Below, piece by piece: positions 25,999 through 35,216 of a stretch of 64,000 bases of DNA. The DNA is taken from assembly GCA_046597055.1 (NCBI GenBank), contig JBKJLC010000083.1, positions 1 to 64,000 on the forward strand, written 5' to 3'. The DNA is from Kofleriaceae bacterium (lineage in GTDB: Bacteria > Myxococcota_A > Polyangia > Haliangiales > Haliangiaceae). Positions within the stretch are counted from its first letter, which is position 1; each line of letters opens with the position of its first letter. A program made the translations under genes and the position numbers. A model generated the notes under the pieces. That model was given only the letters and a program-made list of their open reading frames with translations. It did not search any database and was not told the DNA's origin.

Positions 25999-28900
25999 GT
26001 GACGACGCCGGCGCTCGAGCGATCGCTGCCGTCGGGGCTGGTGACGCTGGGGCCGGTGGTCGATGGCGGCGTGGTCGCGCACGGCGACGACGAGCAGGCC
26101 GAGCACGAGCTGCTGGGGTTCCTCGCCGAGCACCTGGCGACCCTGCCGCCGGCGCAGGCGGCGCGCTACTTCCTGCCCGAGGGCGTCGAGGTGATCACGG
26201 TGGAGGTCGCGCTGGATCCCGGCCTGCCGACCCGGCTGCGGCCGCCGCGCCTGGTCGGCGTGGCGTGCGTGGTGGTGCCGCACGGGGTCGGCGAGCGCAG
26301 CGAGGCGACCGGGGGTGGGGACCCTGCCAGCTTCGCTGGTGGGGCGGGGGGCAACCCTCCCGGTGGGATCGACCGGTGGGGCTTCGTGCCGGCGCTCGAC
26401 GCGTCGTTCTTCGTGCACCGGCGCGAGGACTTCCTCGAGGTCGCGCGCCGCGAGATCGCCCGGGTCGCCCGCGCCCGTGGGCTCGACGGCGATGACTGGC
26501 GGCGGGTGTTGCCCGCGCTCGATACCCAGGTGGTCCCGCTCGAGCTGACGGTGCGGTTCGCCGCGGCCACCGAGGCCACCGGCGATCGGCTGGCGGCCGA
26601 GCACAGGCGGGTCGCGGCCGAGGTCCTCGACGCGATCGCGGTGCGGCTGGCCGAGCGGGTGCGCGGCGGCGGCGTCGAGCTGGTCGGCCGCGACCGCGAG
26701 CTGGCGTCGCTCGACGCGCTGCTCGGTGGCCGCGATCGGCTGTCGGTGCTGCTGAGCGGCGACGAGGCGGTCGGCAAGACCGCGCTGGTGCTGGCCTGGG
26801 CGCGGCGCCACCCGGCCCGGCCGGCGTGGGTGACCTCGGTGGCCCAGCTGGTCGCCGGTGCCTCGGGCTTCGGCGAGGCCGAGGCCCGGATGCAGTCGAT
26901 CTTCGGCGCCGCCGAGGCGCTCGACGCGGTGCTGTACTTCGAGGACTTCGGCAGCCTGTTCCGCGAGCGGCCCGAGGAGGGCGGCCTCGACGTCGCCGCG
27001 GTGGTCCGCCGGAACATCGTCGAAGGCCGGGTCCGGGTGGTCGCCGAGATCACGCCGTTCGCGCTCGAGCGCGCCGAGCGTCGCGACGTCGGCCTGGTCG
27101 GCGCGATGACCCGGGTGCCGCTGGCGCCGATGACGCCGGCGCAGGCGCTGGTGGTCGCACGCGCCCACGCCACTCACTGGCGGCGGGCCGAGCCGCGCCG
27201 GCCGCAGCTCGCCGACGCGACGGTGGCGGTCGCGGTCGAGCTGGCGCGGCGCTACCTGCCGTACCGGATGTTCCCGGGCAAGGCGGTGCGGCTGCTCGAC
27301 GAGCTGCGATCCGCTCGCGACGGTGCGGTCGGGCTCGACGGCGCGCCACTCGAGCTCGGGCCCGAGGATGCCTACGAAGGGTTCTCGCTGGTCACCGGCA
27401 TTCCCACGTTTCTCCTGCGCGACGACCAGGCGATGCGGGTCGGCGAGCTGGTTGCCCGGCTGCGCACGCGCATGATCGGCCAGGACGTCGCGGTGCAGCG
27501 GGTCGCCGAGACGCTGTGCACGGTGAAGGCGCAGCTGCAGCCGGCCGACAAGCCGCTGGCGACCTTCCTGTTCGTGGGCCCCACCGGCGTCGGCAAGACC
27601 GAGCTGGCGCGCAGCCTCGCGCACCTGCTGTTCGGCGGCGAGGAGCGGCTGGTCCGCTTCGACATGAGCGAGTACGCCGATCCGTGGGCGGCCGAGCGGC
27701 TGATCCGCGGTTCCGGTGACGGCGACGGCCTCCTGACCTCGCGGGTGCGCGAGCAGCCGTTCTCGGTCGTGCTGCTCGACGAGATCGAGAAGGCGCACCC
27801 GGCGGTGCACGATCTGCTGCTCCAGGTCGCAGGCGAGGGCCGGCTCACCGATGCGCGCGGCCGCACCAGCTACTTCCACAACACGATCATCATCCTCACG
27901 TCGAACCTCGGCGCGCACCACGGCGGCGGCGCGGTCGGCCTGCGCGCGAGCAGCGGCGACGGACGCGAGCGCGAGCTCGGCCGCTATCAGGCGGCGGTCG
28001 CGACCGCCTTTCGGCCCGAGATGCTCAACCGCTTCGACGCGGTGATCGCCTTCCATCGCCTGAGCGAGGCCGAGGTCGCCGACGTCGCGTGCCTGCAGGT
28101 CGCCAGGCTGGCCGACCGGCGCGGGCTGGTCCAGGCCGCGGTCGGGCTCGACGTGAGCGAGCGAGCGCTTGCGGCGCTGGCGGTGGGCGGCTACTCGGCC
28201 GCGTACGGCGTGCGCGCGCTGCGCCGGCACCTCGATGAGCAGGTGGTGGCGCCGGCCGCGCGGCTGCTGGCCCGGGTCGGCAGCGAGGGCCACGGCGGGC
28301 TGCTCGCGGTGCGGGTCGACGGCGAGCCGGTCGGGCTCGGGCTGTCCGAGGGCTCGCACCTCGGCACCGTCGCGCCCGCCGCCGGGCCGGTCGAGGCTCC
28401 CGCGTTGCGGGTCAGCCTGTACCGGCGGGTCGGCGCCAGCGCGCGCCGCGGTGCCCAGGGCCTGACCCTGCTCGCCGAGGTCCGGCGGGAGGCCGACACC
28501 TGGCTCGCGCGCGATGTCGCCACCGAGGTGCGAGATCAGGTCAGCTGGCTCGAGGCGCAGCTGGCGCAGACCGACGAGTCGCGCGCTCGCGCGGGACGCG
28601 CGGGCCGGTCCCGGCGCGACGTCGGTGGCAAGGCGCGCAAGGAGGCGCTGTCGGCCGAGCAGCGCCAGCAGATGGCGACCGAGCTGCATCGGCTGCGGCG
28701 CGGCTGGGACGACGCCCACGCGGCGCGCGACGAGATCACCGCGGCCGAGGACCTCGGGCTCGAGGTCGCGCTCGCGGGCGGCGCGATCGAGGAGGTCGCG
28801 GCCATGGCCGGGCCGCTGGCGGCGCGGTTCGCGACCGCGATGTTCTGGCTGGCGGTGGCGCGGCTCGAGCAGCGCGACGCGATCACGCTGGCGCTGTCGG

Positions 28901-29496
28901 CGCCCGAGCTGTCGGTGCCGCTGGAGCGCTGGCTCGGCGCGCTCCTGGCCGAGGCCCCGGCCCGGCGCTGGACGATCACCGGGCACCTGACCGGCGTGCG
29001 CGACCCGGCGGTGGCGTGGCCGGAGTCGCGGGTGTGGGGGCCGCCGCGCTCGGCGGCGTGGCTGTCCGAGCGCCTCGCTGGCGAGGGCGGGATCCGCAAC
29101 GTGCTGCTGCGGGTCCGCGGCCCCGGCGCGGCGTGCCTGCTCGGCCTCGAGGCCGGCACCCATCGCTTCGTCGGCATCGCCAAGGTGAGCCCGTGCCACC
29201 TGGTGGTGCGGCGGATCGCCTTGACCGCCGACTTCGACGACGACGCCTGGCTGCGGGTCGGCGCGCTCGCGGCGCCGGCCCAGCCCGGCAAGGGCAACTT
29301 CGAGCGGCTCCATGCGGCGACCGACCACGTGATGGTCATGGGCCGCCGGGTCGAGGTGGCGTGGCCGCGCTACATGGCGCAGCTCGAGGAGGTCGGGCTG
29401 GCGCGGATCGCGCGCGCGCTCGCCGACGACGAGGCGGTCGCCGACCTGTACCCGATCGAGCTGACCGAGCCGGCCGCGCCCGAGACCGAGGCGTGA
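25999..29496 (+). CDS. ClpA/B-like double AAA+ ATPase 1 with C-terminal release-factor-like domain
   Basis: D1 GDEAVGKT / YFED / FPGKAVRLL; D2 GPTGVGKTE, RFDMSEY, LLDEIEKAH, FRPEMLNRFD, YGVRAL; C-terminal IRNVLLRVRGPGAACLLGLEAGTHRF. Start GTG 25999 is an estimate. Confidence 0.88.
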   Translation: MTTPALERSLPSGLVTLGPVVDGGVVAHGDDEQAEHELLGFLAEHLATLPPAQAARYFLPEGVEVITVEVALDPGLPTRLRPPRLVGVACVVVPHGVGERSEATGGGDPASFAGGAGGNPPGGIDRWGFVPALDASFFVHRREDFLEVARREIARVARARGLDGDDWRRVLPALDTQVVPLELTVRFAAATEATGDRLAAEHRRVAAEVLDAIAVRLAERVRGGGVELVGRDRELASLDALLGGRDRLSVLLSGDEAVGKTALVLAWARRHPARPAWVTSVAQLVAGASGFGEAEARMQSIFGAAEALDAVLYFEDFGSLFRERPEEGGLDVAAVVRRNIVEGRVRVVAEITPFALERAERRDVGLVGAMTRVPLAPMTPAQALVVARAHATHWRRAEPRRPQLADATVAVAVELARRYLPYRMFPGKAVRLLDELRSARDGAVGLDGAPLELGPEDAYEGFSLVTGIPTFLLRDDQAMRVGELVARLRTRMIGQDVAVQRVAETLCTVKAQLQPADKPLATFLFVGPTGVGKTELARSLAHLLFGGEERLVRFDMSEYADPWAAERLIRGSGDGDGLLTSRVREQPFSVVLLDEIEKAHPAVHDLLLQVAGEGRLTDARGRTSYFHNTIIILTSNLGAHHGGGAVGLRASSGDGRERELGRYQAAVATAFRPEMLNRFDAVIAFHRLSEAEVADVACLQVARLADRRGLVQAAVGLDVSERALAALAVGGYSAAYGVRALRRHLDEQVVAPAARLLARVGSEGHGGLLAVRVDGEPVGLGLSEGSHLGTVAPAAGPVEAPALRVSLYRRVGASARRGAQGLTLLAEVRREADTWLARDVATEVRDQVSWLEAQLAQTDESRARAGRAGRSRRDVGGKARKEALSAEQRQQMATELHRLRRGWDDAHAARDEITAAEDLGLEVALAGGAIEEVAAMAGPLAARFATAMFWLAVARLEQRDAITLALSAPELSVPLERWLGALLAEAPARRWTITGHLTGVRDPAVAWPESRVWGPPRSAAWLSERLAGEGGIRNVLLRVRGPGAACLLGLEAGTHRFVGIAKVSPCHLVVRRIALTADFDDDAWLRVGALAAPAQPGKGNFERLHAATDHVMVMGRRVEVAWPRYMAQLEEVGLARIARALADDEAVADLYPIELTEPAAPETEA
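26290..26367 (+). repeat. Palindromic REP-like insert inside Clp ATPase 1 coding sequence
   Basis: GAGCGCAGCGAG, then ACCGGGGG...CCTCCCGGT outer stem with inner CCAGC-TTC-GCTGG hairpin; atypical codons encoding ATGGGDPASFAGGAGGNPPGG. Confidence 0.55.
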
Positions 29497-32400
29497 GGCG
29501 CACGCTCGCGATCGCGGTCTACGAGCACCGGGTGGACTCCAAGGTCACCTGGTGGCCGCTGGTCCCGCGCGCGTGGGGCGGGCCGATCACCGGCACCAGC
29601 GAGGTCCGCATGCGCGAGGAGTTCGGCAAGCTGGTGCGCGAGGCGCTGCGCCTGGTCGATCCCGCCGAGCACGAGCTGTGGGACGCGCCGCCCGGCCTGC
29701 GCCTGCACCGGCTCCACCTCGATCTGGCGACCCAGGGCCCCAACCCGAAGCGGGTGGCCGGGTCGTTCCCGCTGATCCTCGAGCCGCGCTGGTTCACCGA
29801 CGAGCGGCAGCGGCTGCTCGCGTATCACCCGCGCGATCGGTCCGCGTGGTTCGACGCCGACGATCTTGCCGAGGCGGAGGTGCTGGCGCCCCACTTCGCC
29901 CGCAAGGCCTGGGCGGCGCTCGACGCCGACCAGCTCGAGGAGCTCAAGGTCACCGGCAAGGATCGCCTGCTGGTGGTGTCGTACAGCGTCGAGCCGACCT
30001 CGCTGCTCGATCGGCTCAAGCCCGAGGCGACCGAGCGCGGTCGCGCCGGCCTCGGCCGCGCCACCCGCCGGGTGCTCGGCGACCTCGCGGTCGACCAGAC
30101 CGCGCGCGCGATCGACCGGACCCTGCCGATCGGCGAGCCGCGCGAGCCGTATCGCGGCCAGCTCGGGCGCCTGCTCGGTGGCGACCGGCCGCGCTCGACC
30201 GTGCTGATCGGTCGTCCGGGATCCGGACGGTCGACCCTGCTCGCGCGCTGGGTCGACGATCGGCTGGCCGAGGATGGCTGGTTCCTGCACCGCAACGCCG
30301 ATCGCATCCACCGGGTGTGGCGGCTGTCGGGCAAGCGGCTGATCGCCGGCATGCAGTACTTCGGCGACTGGGAGGCGCGCTGTCTCGACGTGGCCGAGGA
30401 CGCGCGCAAGCACCGCGGGATCCTGTGGTTCGACGACCTCCACCTGTTCGGGAGGCTCGGCATCACCCGCCAGTCCGAGCGCAGCTTCGCCGACTTCTTC
30501 CGGGGCCCGGTCCAGCGCGGCGAGCTGGTGGTGATCGGCACCGCGACCCGCGAGCAGCTGGCGCGGCTCGAGGACGACGCGCCCGCGTTCGCCGGCCTGT
30601 TCACGCGGATCGCGATCGAGCCGACCACCGCCGAGCAGACCCGCGCGCTCCTGCTGGCCGAGGTTCGCCGGCTCGAGCGCGAACATCCGGTCGCGATCCA
30701 CCCGTTCGTGCCGCGCACGGTGGCCGAGCTGGCGTCGGCGCTGTGGGCGTGGACGGCGGCGCCCGGGGCCGCGGTCGAGCTGCTGCGCAAGCTGGTCGCG
30801 TGGCGGCTGGCGGCCCAGTCGACCGAGGAGGGCGGCGAGCGGCTCGAGATCGGCCCCCGCGACGCGGTCACCCTGGCCGCGCGCGAGACCGGCCTGCCCG
30901 AGCACCTGATCACCCTCGACCAGCCGCTCGACCCGGCCGCGGTCGAGGCCCACTTCGCGGCCCGCGTGATCGGTCAGGACGAGGCGGTCGCGGTCGCCAC
31001 CGAGGTGGTGCTCAAGGTCCGCGCCGGCCTGACCGACGCCAGCCGGCCGCTCGGCGTCTACCTGTTCACCGGGCCGACCGGCACCGGCAAGACCGAGCTG
31101 GCGACCGCGCTCGCCGAGTACCTCTACGGGGATCCGAAGCGGCTCCTGCGCTTCGACATGAGCGAGCTGTCGGGACCCGATGCGGTCGCGCGCCTCATCG
31201 GCGACCGGTTCGCGCCCGAGGGGCTCTTGACCCAGCGCATCCGCGAGCAGCCGTTCGCGGTCGTGCTGCTCGACGAGATCGAGAAGGCCCACCCGGCGGT
31301 GCTGGCGCTCTTGCTCCAGCTGTTCGACGAGGGCCGGCTCACCGACGCGGCGGGCGACGCGGCCAGCTTCCGCCACGCCGTGATCGTGATGACCTCGAAC
31401 CTCGGTGCCAAGGTGGCGGCGCCGATCGGCTTCGGCGACGGCGCCGCGGTGGTGATGGGCGACATCGCGCGCGCGGTGCGGGAGTTCTTCCCGCCCGAGC
31501 TGTGGAACCGCATCGATCAGGTCGTGCGGTTCCGGCCGCTCACGCCCGAGGTCGCGGCCCGGGTGGTCGACAAGGAGCTGGCCAAGCTGCTCGGCCGCCG
31601 CGGCCTGCGCGAGCGCAACGTGTTCGTCTACGCCGGGCGGGCGATCCGCGAGCGCGCGGTCGCGCAGGCGTTCGACAGTCGCTACGGCGCGCGCACGGTC
31701 AAGCGCTGGCTCGAGGACCACGTCGCGACCCGGCTGGCCGAGGCGCTCACCACCGCGCCGCCGGCCCGGATGACGGTCGCGCGCCTGCGCGAGGACGGCG
31801 CCACCGTCGGGGTCGACCTCGAGGTGCTGGCCGAGGTCGAGTCGCTGCCCGGCGACTACCCGATGGCCGAGCTGCGCGAGCTGTCGGCGTCGGCCCTGGT
31901 GCCGCACGCCGAGGCGATGGCCGACGAGATCGACCAGGTCCTGGCGAGCCGCGAGCTGATCGCGCAGGAGGAGGCCGCGCGCACCGGTCCGCGCGCCGCC
32001 GAGGTCCGCTACTACGCCGAGGGCTATCGCGACGAGCTGCTGCGGATGCGGACGATCCTGGTCGGGCAGGGGCCCCCGGCCCGCGCCGGGCGCACGCTCG
32101 AGGAGTCGGATGACGAGCTCACCCACGATCTCGAGGTCCACGATCGCGAGTCGGTGATCCACCAGTCCTCGTACCGGCGCGGCTACGTCGAGTCGAAGAT
32201 CCGCTTCGACCGGCGCAGCCTCGGCCGCGGCGCGCAGCGGTTCGATCAGCGGACCGGGCTCGAGGCGCTGGCGCGGGCGCGGCTCCTGATCGATCACGTC
32301 GGCGAGCTCGCCGATCCTGACGCTCACGTGGTGACGGTCGAGCTGGCCGCGGTCGGCCGCGGGGTGGCGAGCTGGAGCCTGGCCCGGGTGCTGGCGTCGC

Positions 32401-32882
32401 TGCCCCACGACGAACTGGCGGTCCGGACCCGGGATGGTCGGGTCACCACGACCACGCCGGTCGCCGGTGCCCACGTGGTCCACGCGGTGCTGGTGGTGCG
32501 CGAGCTGTTCGCCGCGCCGGCGCTGGTGGCCGAGCACGGCAGCCACGTGTTCCAGTCGCTCGCGGGCGAGCCCGAGATCGTGCGGGTGTCGGTCACGCCG
32601 GGGCCAGCCGAGCCGCGCGCGCGGGTGCGCGCGCACGAGGTGGCGCTGGCCGGCTTCGAGGCGGCGGTCGCGGCGGGCCAGCCCGGGATCAACCCCGAGC
32701 CGCTGTTGCCGGTGGTGCGGGTGCTGTCGATCGCGCCGGCGCCGCGCCCCGGTCAGCCGATGACGGTCGACGTCGAGGACTTCATCACCGGGTTCACCGG
32801 CCGGCTGTCGGTGCCCAACGAGCTGGCGGCGATCAACGGCTGCCGCGAGATCCGCTGGAGTCGGGTCGGAGGTCGGCGATGA
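29493..32882 (+). CDS. ClpA/B-like double AAA+ ATPase 2 with C-terminal release-factor-like domain
   Basis: GTGA overlap with gene 1; D1 GRPGSGRS / WFDD; D2 GPTGTGKTE, LLDEIEKAH, PIGFG, YGARTV; C-terminal AEHGSHVF...VVRV...VEDFITG. Confidence 0.88.
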   Translation: MRRTLAIAVYEHRVDSKVTWWPLVPRAWGGPITGTSEVRMREEFGKLVREALRLVDPAEHELWDAPPGLRLHRLHLDLATQGPNPKRVAGSFPLILEPRWFTDERQRLLAYHPRDRSAWFDADDLAEAEVLAPHFARKAWAALDADQLEELKVTGKDRLLVVSYSVEPTSLLDRLKPEATERGRAGLGRATRRVLGDLAVDQTARAIDRTLPIGEPREPYRGQLGRLLGGDRPRSTVLIGRPGSGRSTLLARWVDDRLAEDGWFLHRNADRIHRVWRLSGKRLIAGMQYFGDWEARCLDVAEDARKHRGILWFDDLHLFGRLGITRQSERSFADFFRGPVQRGELVVIGTATREQLARLEDDAPAFAGLFTRIAIEPTTAEQTRALLLAEVRRLEREHPVAIHPFVPRTVAELASALWAWTAAPGAAVELLRKLVAWRLAAQSTEEGGERLEIGPRDAVTLAARETGLPEHLITLDQPLDPAAVEAHFAARVIGQDEAVAVATEVVLKVRAGLTDASRPLGVYLFTGPTGTGKTELATALAEYLYGDPKRLLRFDMSELSGPDAVARLIGDRFAPEGLLTQRIREQPFAVVLLDEIEKAHPAVLALLLQLFDEGRLTDAAGDAASFRHAVIVMTSNLGAKVAAPIGFGDGAAVVMGDIARAVREFFPPELWNRIDQVVRFRPLTPEVAARVVDKELAKLLGRRGLRERNVFVYAGRAIRERAVAQAFDSRYGARTVKRWLEDHVATRLAEALTTAPPARMTVARLREDGATVGVDLEVLAEVESLPGDYPMAELRELSASALVPHAEAMADEIDQVLASRELIAQEEAARTGPRAAEVRYYAEGYRDELLRMRTILVGQGPPARAGRTLEESDDELTHDLEVHDRESVIHQSSYRRGYVESKIRFDRRSLGRGAQRFDQRTGLEALARARLLIDHVGELADPDAHVVTVELAAVGRGVASWSLARVLASLPHDELAVRTRDGRVTTTTPVAGAHVVHAVLVVRELFAAPALVAEHGSHVFQSLAGEPEIVRVSVTPGPAEPRARVRAHEVALAGFEAAVAAGQPGINPEPLLPVVRVLSIAPAPRPGQPMTVDVEDFITGFTGRLSVPNELAAINGCREIRWSRVGGRR

Positions 32883-35185
32883 CCCGGCCGAGCTTCCGCG
32901 TGTTCTTCACCGAGCACGACAACGGCAAGGTGTCGGGCGTCGTGATCCGCCGCCGCGAGCTGGTGTTCGACCCGCCGCCGCCGGCAGCGTGGGGCGACGG
33001 CCAGGACGACGTGCTGGCCGCGCTCGAGCCAGGCTTGACCGCCGCGGTCGCCGAGGACGGCCCGGGCCGCTACCTGTTCACCGAGGACCTCGAGCTGCGC
33101 CGGGTGGCGGTCGAGGTCCGGCCCCGGGTGGCCGCCGATGGCGCCTGGGTGCTCGGCAGCCGCACCATCCCGGTCCGGATCGGCTTCGCCGCGTTCGCCG
33201 AGGTCACCGCCGGCACCAGCGCCGGGCGGGCCGCGACCGACGGCGGCTTTCGCGTGCTGGTCCCGCGCCATCGCTGGTCGCTGGTGCTCGAGAGCCTCGA
33301 CGACGCCGCCGAGGTGCTGCGCCACGCGGTGTTCGCCGCGATGCTCGGCGACACGCCGGCGAGCGTGTTCGACTTCCGCGCCGGCGTCCGCGAGTGGATC
33401 GAGGTCTGGGAGCTGCCGCACCTGGCCGCGGCCGACGATGAGGCGCAGGAAGCCGAGCCGCCGCCGCCGCCGACCCTGGCCGCGGTCGCCGAGGACTGGA
33501 GCCGCAAGATCCAGCGCAAGCAGCTGGTGCCGCCGGTCGGCGATCCACCGGGCGCGACCGCGCTGGTGGTCGCGCTCGAGCGCACCCCACCACGCTCGGT
33601 GCTGCTGGTCGGCGACAGCGGGGTCGGCAAGACCGCGATCGTGCGCCGCGCCGCCAAGCACCTCGCCGAGCGGAGCAAGGGCAAGGACAGCGAGCCGCGG
33701 CGGCTGTGGGCGACCTCGGCCGGCCACGTCACCGCCGGCATGGTCTACCTCGGCATGTGGCAGGACCGTTGCCTCACGCTCGCGCGCGAGCTGTCAGCGA
33801 CCGAGGACTGGCTGTACGTCGATCGCCTGGTCGACCTGCTGGCGCCGCAGCCCGACGGCGCCAGCATCGCCGACCTCCTGGCCCCGGCGGTGGTCGCCGG
33901 CGAGCTGCGCATGATCGCCGAGGCGTCGGAGTCCGAGCTGGCCCGGTGCCGCCGCCGCAACCAGGCGTTCGTCGACGCGTTCGAGGTGATCCGCGTCGAC
34001 GAGCCCGGGCCCGACCAGGTGATCCCGATGCTGGTCACCCACCAGCACCGCAAGGACCCCGAGGTCACCTGGCACCCGGGCGCGCTGCGCCGCGCGATTG
34101 CGCTGCTCGCCGGGTTCCGCCGCGATCTGCGCTTTCCCGGCAAGGCGTTCGGCTTCCTCGACTGGTGGAACCAGGACGCGCACAAGCCGCCGCGCCAGGT
34201 GCGGCCCGGTGACGTCGCCGCCGCCTACGCCCGCTGGTCGGGCCTGCCGATCGAGCTCATCACCGACGAGCGCCCGACCGGGCCGGCCGAGATCGCGGCG
34301 GCGCTGCGCGCCGGCGTGGTCGGTCAAGACGCCGCGTGCGCGGTGGTCGCGCGGGCGCTGGCGCGCTTCAAGGTCGGCCTCGACGATCCCGAGCGACCGG
34401 TCGCCTCACTGCTGTTCGCCGGCCCGACCGGCGTCGGCAAGACCGAGCTCGCCAAGCAGATCGCGACCTACCTGTTCGGCGCCGGCGACCGCCTGGTCCG
34501 CATCGATCTGTCCGAGTACATGACGCCCGGCGCGGCCGGCCGTCTGCTCGAGGTCGGCAGCGGCGCGACCTCGCTCGCCGAGCAGGTCCGGCGCCAGCCG
34601 CTGTGCGTGGTCCTGCTCGACGAGATCGAGAAGGCGCACCCCGAGGTGTTCGACCTCCTGCTCGGCGTGCTCGGCGAGGGCCGGCTCACCGACACCATGG
34701 GTCGCCTGGTCGACTTCCGCATGGCGGTCATCGTGATGACCTCGAACCTCGGCGCCGGCGGCCGTGCCGCGCCCGGCTTCGGCGCGGACGCGCTCCCCGA
34801 CCACGCCGCCGCGGTCCGGGCCCACTTCCGGCCCGAGCTGATCGGTCGGCTCGATCACGTCGTGTCGTTCCGCAGCCTGTCACCGGCCGACATCGAGCGC
34901 ATCGTCGACCTCGAGCTGGCCAAGATCCGCCGCCGGCCCGGCCTCGTGCAGCGCGGCCTGACCCTGCGGCTGTCGACCCCGGCGCGCGCCTGGCTCGCGA
35001 GCCACGGCTTCGACGCCGGCATGGGCGCCCGACCCCTGCGCCGGCTGCTCGAGGAGGTCGTGGTCGCGCCGCTCGCCGTCCGCATGGCCGGCGATCCCGG
35101 CCTGCGCGACCGCCTGCTCGGCATCGTCACGGCCGGCGAGGCGGCCGGGGCCGGGGTGGACGAGCTGATCGTCCTGCCGGCGTGA
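32879..35185 (+). CDS. ClpA/B-like double AAA+ ATPase 3 (no C-terminal extension)
   Basis: ATGA overlap with gene 2; D1 GDSGVGKT / LYVDR / FPGKA; D2 GPTGVGKTE, LLDEIEKAH, FRPELIGRLD, MGARPL. Confidence 0.9.
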   Translation: MTRPSFRVFFTEHDNGKVSGVVIRRRELVFDPPPPAAWGDGQDDVLAALEPGLTAAVAEDGPGRYLFTEDLELRRVAVEVRPRVAADGAWVLGSRTIPVRIGFAAFAEVTAGTSAGRAATDGGFRVLVPRHRWSLVLESLDDAAEVLRHAVFAAMLGDTPASVFDFRAGVREWIEVWELPHLAAADDEAQEAEPPPPPTLAAVAEDWSRKIQRKQLVPPVGDPPGATALVVALERTPPRSVLLVGDSGVGKTAIVRRAAKHLAERSKGKDSEPRRLWATSAGHVTAGMVYLGMWQDRCLTLARELSATEDWLYVDRLVDLLAPQPDGASIADLLAPAVVAGELRMIAEASESELARCRRRNQAFVDAFEVIRVDEPGPDQVIPMLVTHQHRKDPEVTWHPGALRRAIALLAGFRRDLRFPGKAFGFLDWWNQDAHKPPRQVRPGDVAAAYARWSGLPIELITDERPTGPAEIAAALRAGVVGQDAACAVVARALARFKVGLDDPERPVASLLFAGPTGVGKTELAKQIATYLFGAGDRLVRIDLSEYMTPGAAGRLLEVGSGATSLAEQVRRQPLCVVLLDEIEKAHPEVFDLLLGVLGEGRLTDTMGRLVDFRMAVIVMTSNLGAGGRAAPGFGADALPDHAAAVRAHFRPELIGRLDHVVSFRSLSPADIERIVDLELAKIRRRPGLVQRGLTLRLSTPARAWLASHGFDAGMGARPLRRLLEEVVVAPLAVRMAGDPGLRDRLLGIVTAGEAAGAGVDELIVLPA

Positions 35186-35216
35186 GTGCCGGGCAGGCTC
35201 GCAGTACGTTGGTTCG

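Noticed and set aside
25999..35185. Type VI secretion ClpV or ordinary clpA/clpB
   Set aside because: No T6SS genes, Clp-N domain or ClpB middle domain; degenerate D1 and unusual C-termini, so no gene symbol was assigned.
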